DNA of 64,000 bases from Pontiellaceae bacterium. Its GTDB lineage: Bacteria > Verrucomicrobiota > Kiritimatiellia > Kiritimatiellales > Pontiellaceae. Below are positions 48,469-58,157 of the stretch, piece after piece. How positions within the stretch are numbered: the first letter of the stretch is position 1; each line of letters begins with the position of its first letter. The translations under genes were made by a program, and so were the position numbers. The stretch lies in NCBI GenBank assembly GCA_045566035.1, contig JBJLEI010000016.1:1923-65922 (forward strand), given 5' to 3'. The notes below the pieces were generated by a model. That model was given only the letters and a program-made list of their open reading frames with translations, was not told the DNA's origin and searched no databases.

Positions 48469-51357
48469 ATGAAAAATTTTGAACTAGTTAATAGCCAATT
48501 TATTGATGAACTTGATACATCAGCCAAACTATATAAACATAAAAAAACGGGTGCTGAACTACTTTCTTTATCCAATAAAGATGAAAATAAATGCTTTGGT
48601 GTTGCGTTTAAAACTCCTCCTAGTGATTCAACTGGTGTTGCACATATTTTAGAACATACGGTTTTATGTGGATCAAAGAAATATCCAGTAAAAGATCCAT
48701 TTGTTCAATTATTAAAAGGTTCACTTCAAACATTTTTAAATGCTTTTACATATCCAGATAAAACTTGTTATCCGGTTGCTAGTCAAAATCTAAAAGATTT
48801 TTATAATCTAACTGATGTTTATCTAGATGCCGTATTCTTTCCACTAATCACCGAAGATTTCTTTAAACAGGAGGGATGGCATCTTCATCTAAAAGAACTA
48901 TCTGATCCTTTGGAATATAAGGGTGTTGTTTATAACGAAATGAAGGGTGTCTATTCTTCTTCTGATTCTGTTTTAATGGAAACATCTCAACAATCACTAT
49001 TTCCTGATACAACCTATGGTTTAGATTCAGGTGGTAAGCCTGAAAAAATACCTGACTTAACATATGATAATTTTAAAAAATTTCATGAAGAATTTTATCA
49101 TCCAAGTAACGCCCGTTTTGTATTTTATGGTGATGATCCTGAAGATGAAAGATTTAATATATTAGAAAAATATCTAAAATTATTTTCAAAAACATCTCCT
49201 TTAACTGATATAAAAATCCAACCTCCATTTCAACATCCTGTTAAGATATCTAAATCTTACTCTGTTTCAGAAACCGAAAAAGAACCAAAACCTATGTTTA
49301 CAATAAATTGGGTTCTTCCTTCTCCAACTAATGTTGATGATATATTTCTTTTTATAATAATTGATTATATTTTACTGGGAACTCCTGCATCACCACTTCG
49401 TAAGGCTTTAATTGAATCTGGTTTAGGTGAAGATATAACAGGGGGAGGTCTTGAAACACATTTACAGCAAATGTATTTCAGCATTGGCTTAAAAGGGGTT
49501 GATGAAAAAAATCTAAAAAAAGCCGAAATACTTATTACTAATACGCTCGATGAACTAGTAAAAAATTCTATTAGTAAAGATGATATTGATGCTGCATTAA
49601 ATTCATTTGAATTTGATTTAAGAGAAAATAATTCAGGTGGATTTCCAAGAGGATTGTCTTTATGGTTAAAAGCCTTAAATGGCTGGGTTTATGGAGCAGA
49701 TCCAATAAGCCTTATCGCATTTGAATCTCCATTATCTAAACTTAAGAGAAATATTAAATCTTCAGGTTTTATAGAGAAAAAAATCGAAAAATATTTCATT
49801 AAAAATAATCATCGATCCATCGTAACGCTTTTCCCTAATAAACATATTGCGAAAAAAATTGAAATAGACGAAATACGAAAACTAGAAAAAATTAAAGAAA
49901 AATTATCTGCTAAAGAGCTTTCAAATATACGAAAAGAAACTTTAGAACTATTAGAATTACAGAGTACTCCTGATTCAGATGAAGCAATTGCAACATTACC
50001 TCTTCTTACAAAGAATGATTTAGAAACTAAAACTAAAATCATTGATAATAATCAAAGCTCTAGAAATAATGTTGTTATTATTGAACATCCATTATTTACA
50101 AACGGTGTTTTCTATATTGATTTTGGTATAAATATTGAGTCCTTAAGTATCGATGAATTACCTTTTGTTTCATTATTAAGTAATTTATATCTTGAAATGG
50201 GAACACAGGATGAAAATTATTCTTCATTATCTCAAAGAATAGCTAAACAAACAGGTGGGATTTATGGAACTCCGTTTATTTCTCCTCATACAGATTCTAA
50301 TAAATCTGTTATGCAATTTTTCTTTAGAGGTAAATGTATGATTGATCAGGTTGATGATCTTATTTCTATTTATTCGGATATTTTACTTAAACCAGATTTT
50401 AATAATTACGAAAGATTTAAACAAATTATTTTGGAGCATAAATCTGAAATAGAAAGTTCAATTATTCCAAGAGGTCATTCTGCTATAATGACCAGGCTTA
50501 AAGCTAGAGATCATGTAGCACATGATTGTAATGAAAAAATTGGTGGAGTTGAAGCTCTTTTCTTTACAAGAAAATTACTAAACGACATTGATAATAATTG
50601 GCCTGAAATTTTAATTCAATTAGAAAAAATTCATAATAAACTCATCAAAAAAGGGAATATTACTATTAATTTAACAGCAAATAATAATATTCTTAATAGT
50701 TTAAGAGACCGTATCCATAAATTTACCTCAATAATTCCAGATGGTGATAGTATTAAGGAAGGTTTTGAACTATCTAAATACCCAAAATCTGAAGCTCTAC
50801 TTGTACCAAGTAGAATTAATTTTGTTGGTGCTTCGTCGAACTTATTTAATGCTGGTTATAAGATGCATGGTTCATCTTTAGTTATATCTCGGTATTTACA
50901 AACTTCATGGTTGTGGGAAAAAATCAGAGTTCAAGGAGGTGCATATGGCGGAATGTGTTCTTTTGACCATCGTTCTGGAAGCTTTGTATTTGCTTCCTAT
51001 CGTGATCCAAACCTTTTGGAAACACTTGATATTTATAAAGGAACTGGAAAATTTCTGATGAATTTATCCTTAAGTAATACCGAATTAACTCGTGCACTTA
51101 TTGGTGCTATTGGACAACTAGATTCTTACCAATTACCAGATGTTAAATCTCTTTCAAATTGTAAAAGAATATTACTTGGTTTTACTGATCAAGATCGTCA
51201 GCATCTAAGAGATGAAATTCTTTCCACTCAACAAAAAGATTTTAAGTTATTTGGTGAATATTTAGATTCCGCCTTCAGGGATCCAAATATTGTCGTATTA
51301 TGTGATAAAGAAGCTGCTTTTAATGCAAAAATTGAGTCAGTAAATAGAGTTTTATAA
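48469..51357 (+). CDS. M16C family metallopeptidase (presequence protease/PreP-like)
   Basis: TGVAHILEHTVLCGS (HxxEH), FLNAFTYPDKTCYP, GVVYNEMKG, YHPSN, IRVQGGAYG and SYRDP motifs; ATG 48469 preferred. Confidence 0.93.
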   Translation: MKNFELVNSQFIDELDTSAKLYKHKKTGAELLSLSNKDENKCFGVAFKTPPSDSTGVAHILEHTVLCGSKKYPVKDPFVQLLKGSLQTFLNAFTYPDKTCYPVASQNLKDFYNLTDVYLDAVFFPLITEDFFKQEGWHLHLKELSDPLEYKGVVYNEMKGVYSSSDSVLMETSQQSLFPDTTYGLDSGGKPEKIPDLTYDNFKKFHEEFYHPSNARFVFYGDDPEDERFNILEKYLKLFSKTSPLTDIKIQPPFQHPVKISKSYSVSETEKEPKPMFTINWVLPSPTNVDDIFLFIIIDYILLGTPASPLRKALIESGLGEDITGGGLETHLQQMYFSIGLKGVDEKNLKKAEILITNTLDELVKNSISKDDIDAALNSFEFDLRENNSGGFPRGLSLWLKALNGWVYGADPISLIAFESPLSKLKRNIKSSGFIEKKIEKYFIKNNHRSIVTLFPNKHIAKKIEIDEIRKLEKIKEKLSAKELSNIRKETLELLELQSTPDSDEAIATLPLLTKNDLETKTKIIDNNQSSRNNVVIIEHPLFTNGVFYIDFGINIESLSIDELPFVSLLSNLYLEMGTQDENYSSLSQRIAKQTGGIYGTPFISPHTDSNKSVMQFFFRGKCMIDQVDDLISIYSDILLKPDFNNYERFKQIILEHKSEIESSIIPRGHSAIMTRLKARDHVAHDCNEKIGGVEALFFTRKLLNDIDNNWPEILIQLEKIHNKLIKKGNITINLTANNNILNSLRDRIHKFTSIIPDGDSIKEGFELSKYPKSEALLVPSRINFVGASSNLFNAGYKMHGSSLVISRYLQTSWLWEKIRVQGGAYGGMCSFDHRSGSFVFASYRDPNLLETLDIYKGTGKFLMNLSLSNTELTRALIGAIGQLDSYQLPDVKSLSNCKRILLGFTDQDRQHLRDEILSTQQKDFKLFGEYLDSAFRDPNIVVLCDKEAAFNAKIESVNRVL

Positions 51358-51367
51358 AATTATTAAA

Positions 51368-52702
51368 TTATAAATTTCTAAATTTATTATATAATACCAA
51401 TTCATCATCGTTCATAAAATCTTTTATATCATCGATAACTACTCCTGAACCTCTAAAGGTTCGTAAAACATCTGCAAAATCTCTTGTTAAAATTTCTTGT
51501 GCTGCTCCATCTCCAGATCCAGCAGGTGCTAATACAATAATATTTATTTTTGGCCATACTTTTTTATCTGGTCCATAATTATCTCTAATCATATTACTTA
51601 ATGCCCGAGTCATCTTTTTATGATCAAATTCTCTTACTTTTTGACCTGAACTCATCGTTTTTTTATCTGTAATAGCCCATCCATCATAATAATTAGTAGT
51701 TAATATAAAAATCGTATCAGGTTTTTGCTCAAAAACAGCCCATGCAACACCTCGACTCCAATGACTTAGGCCAGAACCCCAGAAATAACTAGAAGGATAA
51801 TCTTCTCTTTTTAACTCAAATTCAACTGCATCCGGTACATATTTTTTTCTTATATCTTCCGATACTTCATAAGGGTATATCCATTTAGGTGTAAAAAATG
51901 GAAGTCCTTCATCAACTCTAGTTGGCCAATTAATAGCCGCATTGTTTATACTACGTCTTACTTCTGTATCCTTAATATCAAAACAAGTACCGTATTTACT
52001 AGAAACTTTAGGATCAATTGGATTAACTGATTCCATCCATTCAAATAAATATTGTTTATTAACATTACTTGCAGATAGCATTTCACCAGACATAGCCCAC
52101 AAACTTGACATTTGAAAACCCGCAACATTAAATAATGTATAAGCAGGAAGATTAGAGATTAATTCGCTTAATCTATTTCGAATAACTAATGATGTCATAC
52201 GAGAATAAGGGGTATAAACGGGATTTCCATTCATATCAAGCGCATGCTGCATAGTAGATTGACCAAAATGAACTAAAAAACAAACCTTCTCGCCTTTACC
52301 TTTTGCTCCTAAGAAATTCATTTCAGGCATTGTAAAACCTATTGCCTCAACTGAACTCCCTCCATCACCTGAAGAACCTAAACCTCCTCTTATACCTGAT
52401 ATTTCAGGCATTTTAAAATCTGGTGTATTTCGATTAAGATTTTTAACAACAATTTGCTTTCTTAATTTTGGTTTTGGTCTGCTTTTCTTTTCCTTTACTG
52501 GAACCTGAAGTTTTTTTAATTTTTTAACTGGTCGTTTAATAGGCTTTGCTTCAAAGGTTTTATCATCTTTCTGGATAATTGAAACAGCTACATAACTCAA
52601 TGCAACAATTACTATAATTAAGTGTAGAAAAATACTAATAAGTGCTGCACTGGACTTAGCATGTTTAGTAAAGAAACGTTTATTAGGCATTATTTTTTCC
52701 AC
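51368..52702 (-). CDS. Single-pass membrane protein with TonB/TolA-like SxxxH anchor, Lys/Pro-rich linker and possible degenerate vWA-like domain
   Basis: TM SAALISIFLHLIIV (S-x3-H), K/P-rich spacer, F.G.K.....FLV..G.S, FNV..F and PDTIFILT segments; 3 bp downstream of exbD. Confidence 0.55.
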   Translation of the reverse strand: MEKIMPNKRFFTKHAKSSAALISIFLHLIIVIVALSYVAVSIIQKDDKTFEAKPIKRPVKKLKKLQVPVKEKKSRPKPKLRKQIVVKNLNRNTPDFKMPEISGIRGGLGSSGDGGSSVEAIGFTMPEMNFLGAKGKGEKVCFLVHFGQSTMQHALDMNGNPVYTPYSRMTSLVIRNRLSELISNLPAYTLFNVAGFQMSSLWAMSGEMLSASNVNKQYLFEWMESVNPIDPKVSSKYGTCFDIKDTEVRRSINNAAINWPTRVDEGLPFFTPKWIYPYEVSEDIRKKYVPDAVEFELKREDYPSSYFWGSGLSHWSRGVAWAVFEQKPDTIFILTTNYYDGWAITDKKTMSSGQKVREFDHKKMTRALSNMIRDNYGPDKKVWPKINIIVLAPAGSGDGAAQEILTRDFADVLRTFRGSGVVIDDIKDFMNDDELVLYNKFRNL

Positions 52703-52705
52703 TTA

Positions 52706-53140
52706 TTACATTGTCATACTAAATGACATATTCTTAACATCAGCAGCAGCACATGCATCCATTACATCTACTATTCTACCATGGAGAGCCTTATCTTCAG
52801 GAAGAATATTAACAATTAATTCACTTCCTGATGAATCAGCAGCTTCCTTTAACGATAATAATTGCCCAATTAGATCATCCAAATTTTGTTCATCATTTCC
52901 AAATATCATTCCTTCAATTAAAATATCACCGAATTCAGAAATTTCTATTAAGACTTCAATTGGTATATCTAAGGAATCTGGTACGTCAACTTTTGCTGGG
53001 AGCATAAATCCTAAATCTGCTTCTTTTTTTATTAGTGATGCTGTTACCATAAAATATATAAGTAATAAGAAGACTACATCAATCAAAGGAGCAATTTGAA
53101 GTTCAGCTTTTTTATTTATCATATCATCAAGAAGCTTCAT
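52706..53140 (-). CDS. exbD: ExbD/TolR family protein
   Basis: IAPLIDVVFLLLIYFMVT; HG.IVDVMD.C motif. Confidence 0.9.
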   Translation of the reverse strand: MKLLDDMINKKAELQIAPLIDVVFLLLIYFMVTASLIKKEADLGFMLPAKVDVPDSLDIPIEVLIEISEFGDILIEGMIFGNDEQNLDDLIGQLLSLKEAADSSGSELIVNILPEDKALHGRIVDVMDACAAADVKNMSFSMTM

Positions 53141-53143
53141 TGA

Positions 53144-53548
53144 TTATTCCTCAAATGTTGCGTAAATTAAATCAGTTGCACCAACTTCACCACAAGCAAT
53201 CATAATTTCTTTACAGGTTTTATATTCTACTTGCTCATCTGCTCTAATTAAAATTCTTAATTCAGGATTCCCTGTTAACTCTTCATCAATCAGATTCTTC
53301 AACTCATCTATAGTAACAGGTAATGTTCCGGCATAGATAACATTATTAGCATCTACAGATAACATCATTCTATTTTTTGTATCTTCTGGAACTTTCGCAT
53401 ATTTTGATTCAGGAATAGCAACTTCTACTTTTTCTAGTTCTGTTACTACTGAGGCAACCATAAAAAAGATCAATAGCAAAAAAACCAAATCTATCATTGG
53501 AGCCATATCAACTGCCGCATCTTCTCGAGCTGGTAATTTAATTTTCAT
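53144..53548 (-). CDS. exbD: ExbD/TolR family protein
   Basis: DMAPMIDLVFLLLIFFMV; LIRAD motif. Confidence 0.92.
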   Translation of the reverse strand: MKIKLPAREDAAVDMAPMIDLVFLLLIFFMVASVVTELEKVEVAIPESKYAKVPEDTKNRMMLSVDANNVIYAGTLPVTIDELKNLIDEELTGNPELRILIRADEQVEYKTCKEIMIACGEVGATDLIYATFEE

Positions 53549-53573
53549 ATTTTAAATAATCCTAAAAATAAAA

Positions 53574-54371
53574 TTATTCTTTTTCATCAAATGATTTATC
53601 ATCATTACTAACGGATGCATTGTTATTTTCTGCAAAACCTAAAGGTAATTCTCCTGTTTCTAATGTATCTAATAATCCACCTACATTACGTCCCAAAGAA
53701 GCTGCTGTTTTTATAAAAGAATTTCGAAAACTATAATAAAATAACATTGCAGGAATCGCAATAATTAGTCCTGTTGCTGTGGTTACAAGAGCCTCACCAA
53801 TATTTCCCGCTAAAACCTCTGGTTTTCCCATTCCCTGTGTTCCAATTGTTTGAAAGGCTTTAATCATACCAGAAACTGTTCCTAAAAGACCGATCATCGG
53901 TGCAGTTGCACCAATCACTGATAAATAATCAATTGGCTTCATATAACTTGTTACTTCTTCTGTGCTTGCTTCTTGGATAGCGTTTTGAATTTTCTTAAAA
54001 TTGAAAATTCCTTCTTTTGAAGAACAGCGTTCTAATCCAGCCTGAAAAACATTTGTAAAAAATGTTTCGTTTTCTTTACATAAAGTATGTGCTTCTTTAA
54101 TTTTTTTATCCTTCATTAATTTAATAAATTCAGGAAGTAATTGAGGTTTTAATAATGACTTCTCTTTAAGCACAATCGCATTGTTAATTATTAAGAAAAC
54201 CATCCATATTGACATGGCTCCAAGAGGAATCATAGCCCATCCACCTTGAAGTAGTAATTGCATTAAAGTTGTTTTCTGGACTGTTCCAGCATCAGCTTGA
54301 GCAAAAACTAATGAAGTTATAGTAATGCTAAAAATAAAAATTAAGCTAATTTGTTTTTTAAGTATATTCAT
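53574..54371 (-). CDS. exbB: MotA/TolQ/ExbB proton channel protein
   Basis: GGWAM.PL, APMIGLLGTVSGMI.AF and I.EALVTTATGL.IAIPA motifs. Confidence 0.92.
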   Translation of the reverse strand: MNILKKQISLIFIFSITITSLVFAQADAGTVQKTTLMQLLLQGGWAMIPLGAMSIWMVFLIINNAIVLKEKSLLKPQLLPEFIKLMKDKKIKEAHTLCKENETFFTNVFQAGLERCSSKEGIFNFKKIQNAIQEASTEEVTSYMKPIDYLSVIGATAPMIGLLGTVSGMIKAFQTIGTQGMGKPEVLAGNIGEALVTTATGLIIAIPAMLFYYSFRNSFIKTAASLGRNVGGLLDTLETGELPLGFAENNNASVSNDDKSFDEKE

Positions 54372-54411
54372 TTATATTTTCTCCTGTCTTTTCTAAAATT
54401 TCATAAAAATA

Positions 54412-55257
54412 TTATAATTCATTTTTTGCCCGTAATGCTAATATTTCTAAACTTAGTCTACCAGCCTCTTCACTTTCAATTGTGTTTGGATAAAGTAGCA
54501 TAATCTGCGTTATAACTTCTTCTGCTGAATCAAACATTTCTAACTCAATGTATAATTCAGCACATAAAAGCTCGGCAGGCTGAGTCCACTCTGGATCCTG
54601 ACTATTAAAGGCTATAATATAAGAAACTAATTCTATGGCACGATTATAATTACTTTTTAATCTCATGAGTTCAGCAAGTATAAATAATTTCTCTGGTTCT
54701 GAATCTCCATTAATATTATCAAACCAACCATTATTTTTTAATAAAAACTCAGCTTCTTTATCTAAGCCTAGTTGGATTAATGATCTCACATGAAAAATTT
54801 CTGATGCGCTAATAACTATTTCATCAACTGACTGAGTTTGAATTTTTTTCGCAAGTTCAATAGTTTTATTATAATCATCAGTTAAAAAATATAATTCCAT
54901 CAATAATATCTCATAACGCATTAAATTAGAAGGTATATCCATATAAGGTCTATATGGCTTTAATTTTTTATCAAGTTCACTTATAAGTATGTCGAACTGT
55001 CGGTCTTCTTTTAAACTCATTAATTGCTCAATATCTGACTCTATAGAATAATTAATTTTTTGAATTGAACTAACCGGTATACCGGCAGTACGACCACTAA
55101 TCGACAACTGTAATGTATCTTTTTGATCTGTTTTGATACGTTTCAAAATATCTACAGACCATGTTCTTCCCCCTGACATTACTAATTCTGCAGGAATTGA
55201 TAAAACCTGTATATTAAAACCCAAAAACAATATCGATATTAAGAATATTTTTTTCAT
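54412..55257 (-). CDS. Exported TPR-like protein
   Basis: Signal peptide, small beta-rich N-terminal segment, C-terminal helical repeats (AELLCAELY..L...DSA......LYP). Confidence 0.65.
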   Translation of the reverse strand: MKKIFLISILFLGFNIQVLSIPAELVMSGGRTWSVDILKRIKTDQKDTLQLSISGRTAGIPVSSIQKINYSIESDIEQLMSLKEDRQFDILISELDKKLKPYRPYMDIPSNLMRYEILLMELYFLTDDYNKTIELAKKIQTQSVDEIVISASEIFHVRSLIQLGLDKEAEFLLKNNGWFDNINGDSEPEKLFILAELMRLKSNYNRAIELVSYIIAFNSQDPEWTQPAELLCAELYIELEMFDSAEEVITQIMLLYPNTIESEEAGRLSLEILALRAKNEL

Positions 55258-55270
55258 TAACTAAAATCCT

Positions 55271-56656
55271 CTACAAAAGCTCTATTTTCTTTTTTGCTTC
55301 GCTGGTTAATGGATGTGATTCTGTATATTTATCATTAATCATCTCATTAAGCGTATTAGTTGCTTCTTGCTCTTTTCCCATCTTACTTAAAACATTAGCT
55401 GCTGAAAGGTATGCTTTTGCTGCCCAATAACCATTGTTATAACCTTTAAATAGTAAATACGTTCTTTGGTAAAAAGTATGAGCAACTTCTAAGTCTCCTA
55501 TTTCTTCTCTACATAAACCTCTTTTAAGCCAAGATTCAGCATGTAATGACCCTTTCCATTCTCGTATATTAGTAATTAATTCATAATCTTTTTCGGCTTG
55601 ATCGTAATTACCTAGTGAAAAATTAGCATTGGCTTTCATTAATTGCGCCCAACCCATATGAGCATCAGCACCAAATAAACTTTGAACTTCCTCAATTAAA
55701 TCTAATAATTCAGATTTATTATCATCTTCTAATAATTGAATAGATTTGGCTTTATATGCTTTCCATAAAAGCTCTGAATCCTCAAATGTAGACATAAAAT
55801 AATCGTATATTTCATCAACTCTATCAGGAGAATATTTGGAAACTCCGTCACATATTATAGCTAATGTAACGGGAGACATAAGATTTAAGGGAACTCTATC
55901 TTCTAATAATACCTGACTTAATTCATCCTCTGATTTATTTAGCATCGACTGAATAGTATTAAGACGGATTTTTAAAATACTAAGTGGGTTATCAATTTCT
56001 GAACTCATGATACCTATACGACTTGAAAGTAATCTATACTCATCTTCATCTAATAAATTTGCTGCTGCTGAACTTAATTCTAATATAATTTTATCAACTC
56101 CAGTTTGATCTATATCATTACCAAATCTATTAATAGTTTCTAAATATGAATTTACAGCAGAATCCAGTTGATTAAGTTTAATTTGAGATTTTCCAATCCA
56201 AAAAGTTGCCTCAGAAATATTAGCTAATTCCTCCCATCGATCTAAATAAAAATTCATTAAATTAATTATATCTTGCCATTTTTCTTCTAATTTATAAACC
56301 TCCGCTGCTTTAAATGCAGCATAAGAAGATTGCAAGGTAGTTTGTGCAGTATCTATACCTTTTTTATAATCTAAAATTGCTTTATCAAGTGGATTTAAAA
56401 GATTTTCATTAGCTTCTTTAGAGGCTAAAATATCCCCTCTGTAACTATAAGCTTCTGAAACAAGTATATTATTTGGATATTGAGAAATAAATGAAGTGAA
56501 TAATAATTCCGAAGCATTAATATCTTCTAAGCCAAATTGACAAACTGCCTGTCTGAACAAAGAAGCCGATGAGTGTTCACCATTTGGATTATCATTTCTA
56601 TAATTAACAAAATCATTTAAAGCATCGCTATAATTAGCTTGGAGCATATTTGCCAT
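55271..56656 (-). CDS. TPR-repeat protein, C-terminal half of a frameshifted gene
   Basis: YbgF/BamD-like TPR motifs (YPN...SEA, EATFWIG, YQRTYLLF...WAAKAYL); the frame stays open upstream to about 56765. Confidence 0.7.
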   Translation of the reverse strand: MANMLQANYSDALNDFVNYRNDNPNGEHSSASLFRQAVCQFGLEDINASELLFTSFISQYPNNILVSEAYSYRGDILASKEANENLLNPLDKAILDYKKGIDTAQTTLQSSYAAFKAAEVYKLEEKWQDIINLMNFYLDRWEELANISEATFWIGKSQIKLNQLDSAVNSYLETINRFGNDIDQTGVDKIILELSSAAANLLDEDEYRLLSSRIGIMSSEIDNPLSILKIRLNTIQSMLNKSEDELSQVLLEDRVPLNLMSPVTLAIICDGVSKYSPDRVDEIYDYFMSTFEDSELLWKAYKAKSIQLLEDDNKSELLDLIEEVQSLFGADAHMGWAQLMKANANFSLGNYDQAEKDYELITNIREWKGSLHAESWLKRGLCREEIGDLEVAHTFYQRTYLLFKGYNNGYWAAKAYLSAANVLSKMGKEQEATNTLNEMINDKYTESHPLTSEAKKKIELL

Positions 56657-56735
56657 ACCTCGGTAATACTTGGAATCATTATAATGTATGCTATTTGGGT
56701 ATAACGAAATAATAGTAGAAAACTGGTCACTTGCT

Positions 56736-58052
56736 TTAAAAAAATCTTGGTTTTGGAAAAAACCAAAAAGCTAATAGATAATGTAAATCAGATTGTTGAG
56801 CTTTATCTTCTTCGTTATCTGGAAGGGAAATCATATTAACATATTTTTCCATTAAAATAACATCTTGAAACTCTTGTTTAATATAATTATCTCTCATCAT
56901 TAAATTTAACAGAGATCTAGCATATTGTCCGGATGGATTTTCTTCAAGATACCTAATAATTCGATTCTCAGCCCGTTCTATTTCACCTACATCATATAAA
57001 ATTAAGACAGATTGCCACATAGCCGCTTCACCTATCTCGCTATTTCGATCCATATTATATAACTTATCAAATAAGACAAAACCCTCCCAATATCTTTTCT
57101 TTTCATTATAAATTGAACCAATTCTGAATGTTACTTCATTCTCATACGGAGGAAGTTCTATTAATGCTTGTTTGGATTCTTCTAATACATCAATTTGATT
57201 TTGTCTGTTTTTAATATCTGCATTACGTATGCCAATTTTAATATCAGATTGAAGTTTATCAGATAACTTACCAACTAAACTATCTGTATAATCTAATAAG
57301 TCATTTCTAGGTAAAACCATTCTATATAATAATAATGCATTTAGATAATCTTCATCTTCATATCTTGATTTTCCAGCCTGCATTAATGTTAAATTTAATG
57401 TAATATCGTATTTTGCATCTGTACGATAAAGTTTTGGAATTTTACTATATAGCCTATTCCATTCTTCTGCTTTTACCAAAGCACCTACTACCATTACATT
57501 ACAGATACGTTTTGTTCGATCATCCTTAGTATTTTCAGCAGCATATTCTAAATAAGATACGGAATCTTCCCATTTTTCCTGACGATATAATGCTTGTCCA
57601 AGAAATAAATTACCGTCGAATTCGTCCTCTTTTCTTAATTTTTCTAATGATAGTAATCGTTGAGCTGTTAATTCTACCTTTTCCCATTCTTGTAAATCAA
57701 AAAAACCTGTAGCTAACAAATTAAGAGCAGCGCTTTCCTTTTTTCTTGGAGTATTAGAAAGATACTCCTCAAGAATTAGCATTGCACTAGATATAGCTCC
57801 ATCTTGGAATTGAGCGCGAGCGAGTTCAAAACGACAAGACTGACAAGTTTCTTTACCTTGAGGATCTGTTAGTGAAGATGTTCGTGCTACCGCCTCCTGC
57901 AAATAAGGAATAGCACTTCTAAAGTCTCCAGCTTGTAAAAATTTATTAGCACCAGAAAAAAGCTCTGAAATACCTGCTTCATTTACATTCTGTGCATAAG
58001 TAAAATTACTGATAAAAATTAAAAAATATATTATTAAAAATTTTAAAAACAT
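56736..58052 (-). CDS. Exported TPR-repeat protein, N-terminal half of a frameshifted gene
   Basis: Signal peptide from ATG 58052 (MFLKFLIIYFLIFISNFTYA-Q); TPR helices; ends abnormally (FWFFPKPRFF) after a T5 run. Confidence 0.7.
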   Translation of the reverse strand: MFLKFLIIYFLIFISNFTYAQNVNEAGISELFSGANKFLQAGDFRSAIPYLQEAVARTSSLTDPQGKETCQSCRFELARAQFQDGAISSAMLILEEYLSNTPRKKESAALNLLATGFFDLQEWEKVELTAQRLLSLEKLRKEDEFDGNLFLGQALYRQEKWEDSVSYLEYAAENTKDDRTKRICNVMVVGALVKAEEWNRLYSKIPKLYRTDAKYDITLNLTLMQAGKSRYEDEDYLNALLLYRMVLPRNDLLDYTDSLVGKLSDKLQSDIKIGIRNADIKNRQNQIDVLEESKQALIELPPYENEVTFRIGSIYNEKKRYWEGFVLFDKLYNMDRNSEIGEAAMWQSVLILYDVGEIERAENRIIRYLEENPSGQYARSLLNLMMRDNYIKQEFQDVILMEKYVNMISLPDNEEDKAQQSDLHYLLAFWFFPKPRFF

Positions 58053-58157
58053 TATTAACGAACTCCAAAAGAAATAAAACAATTTAAAATAACAATCACA
58101 TAGTAGATTCAAAGTTATTGTTTTCAAGTTTTATTAAGAAAAAATAGTCGATTAATT

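Noticed and set aside
48469-51357. Organelle-like presequence protease as a sign of eukaryotic gene transfer
   Set aside because: M16C peptidases are widespread in bacteria, and its composition matches the neighbouring genes.
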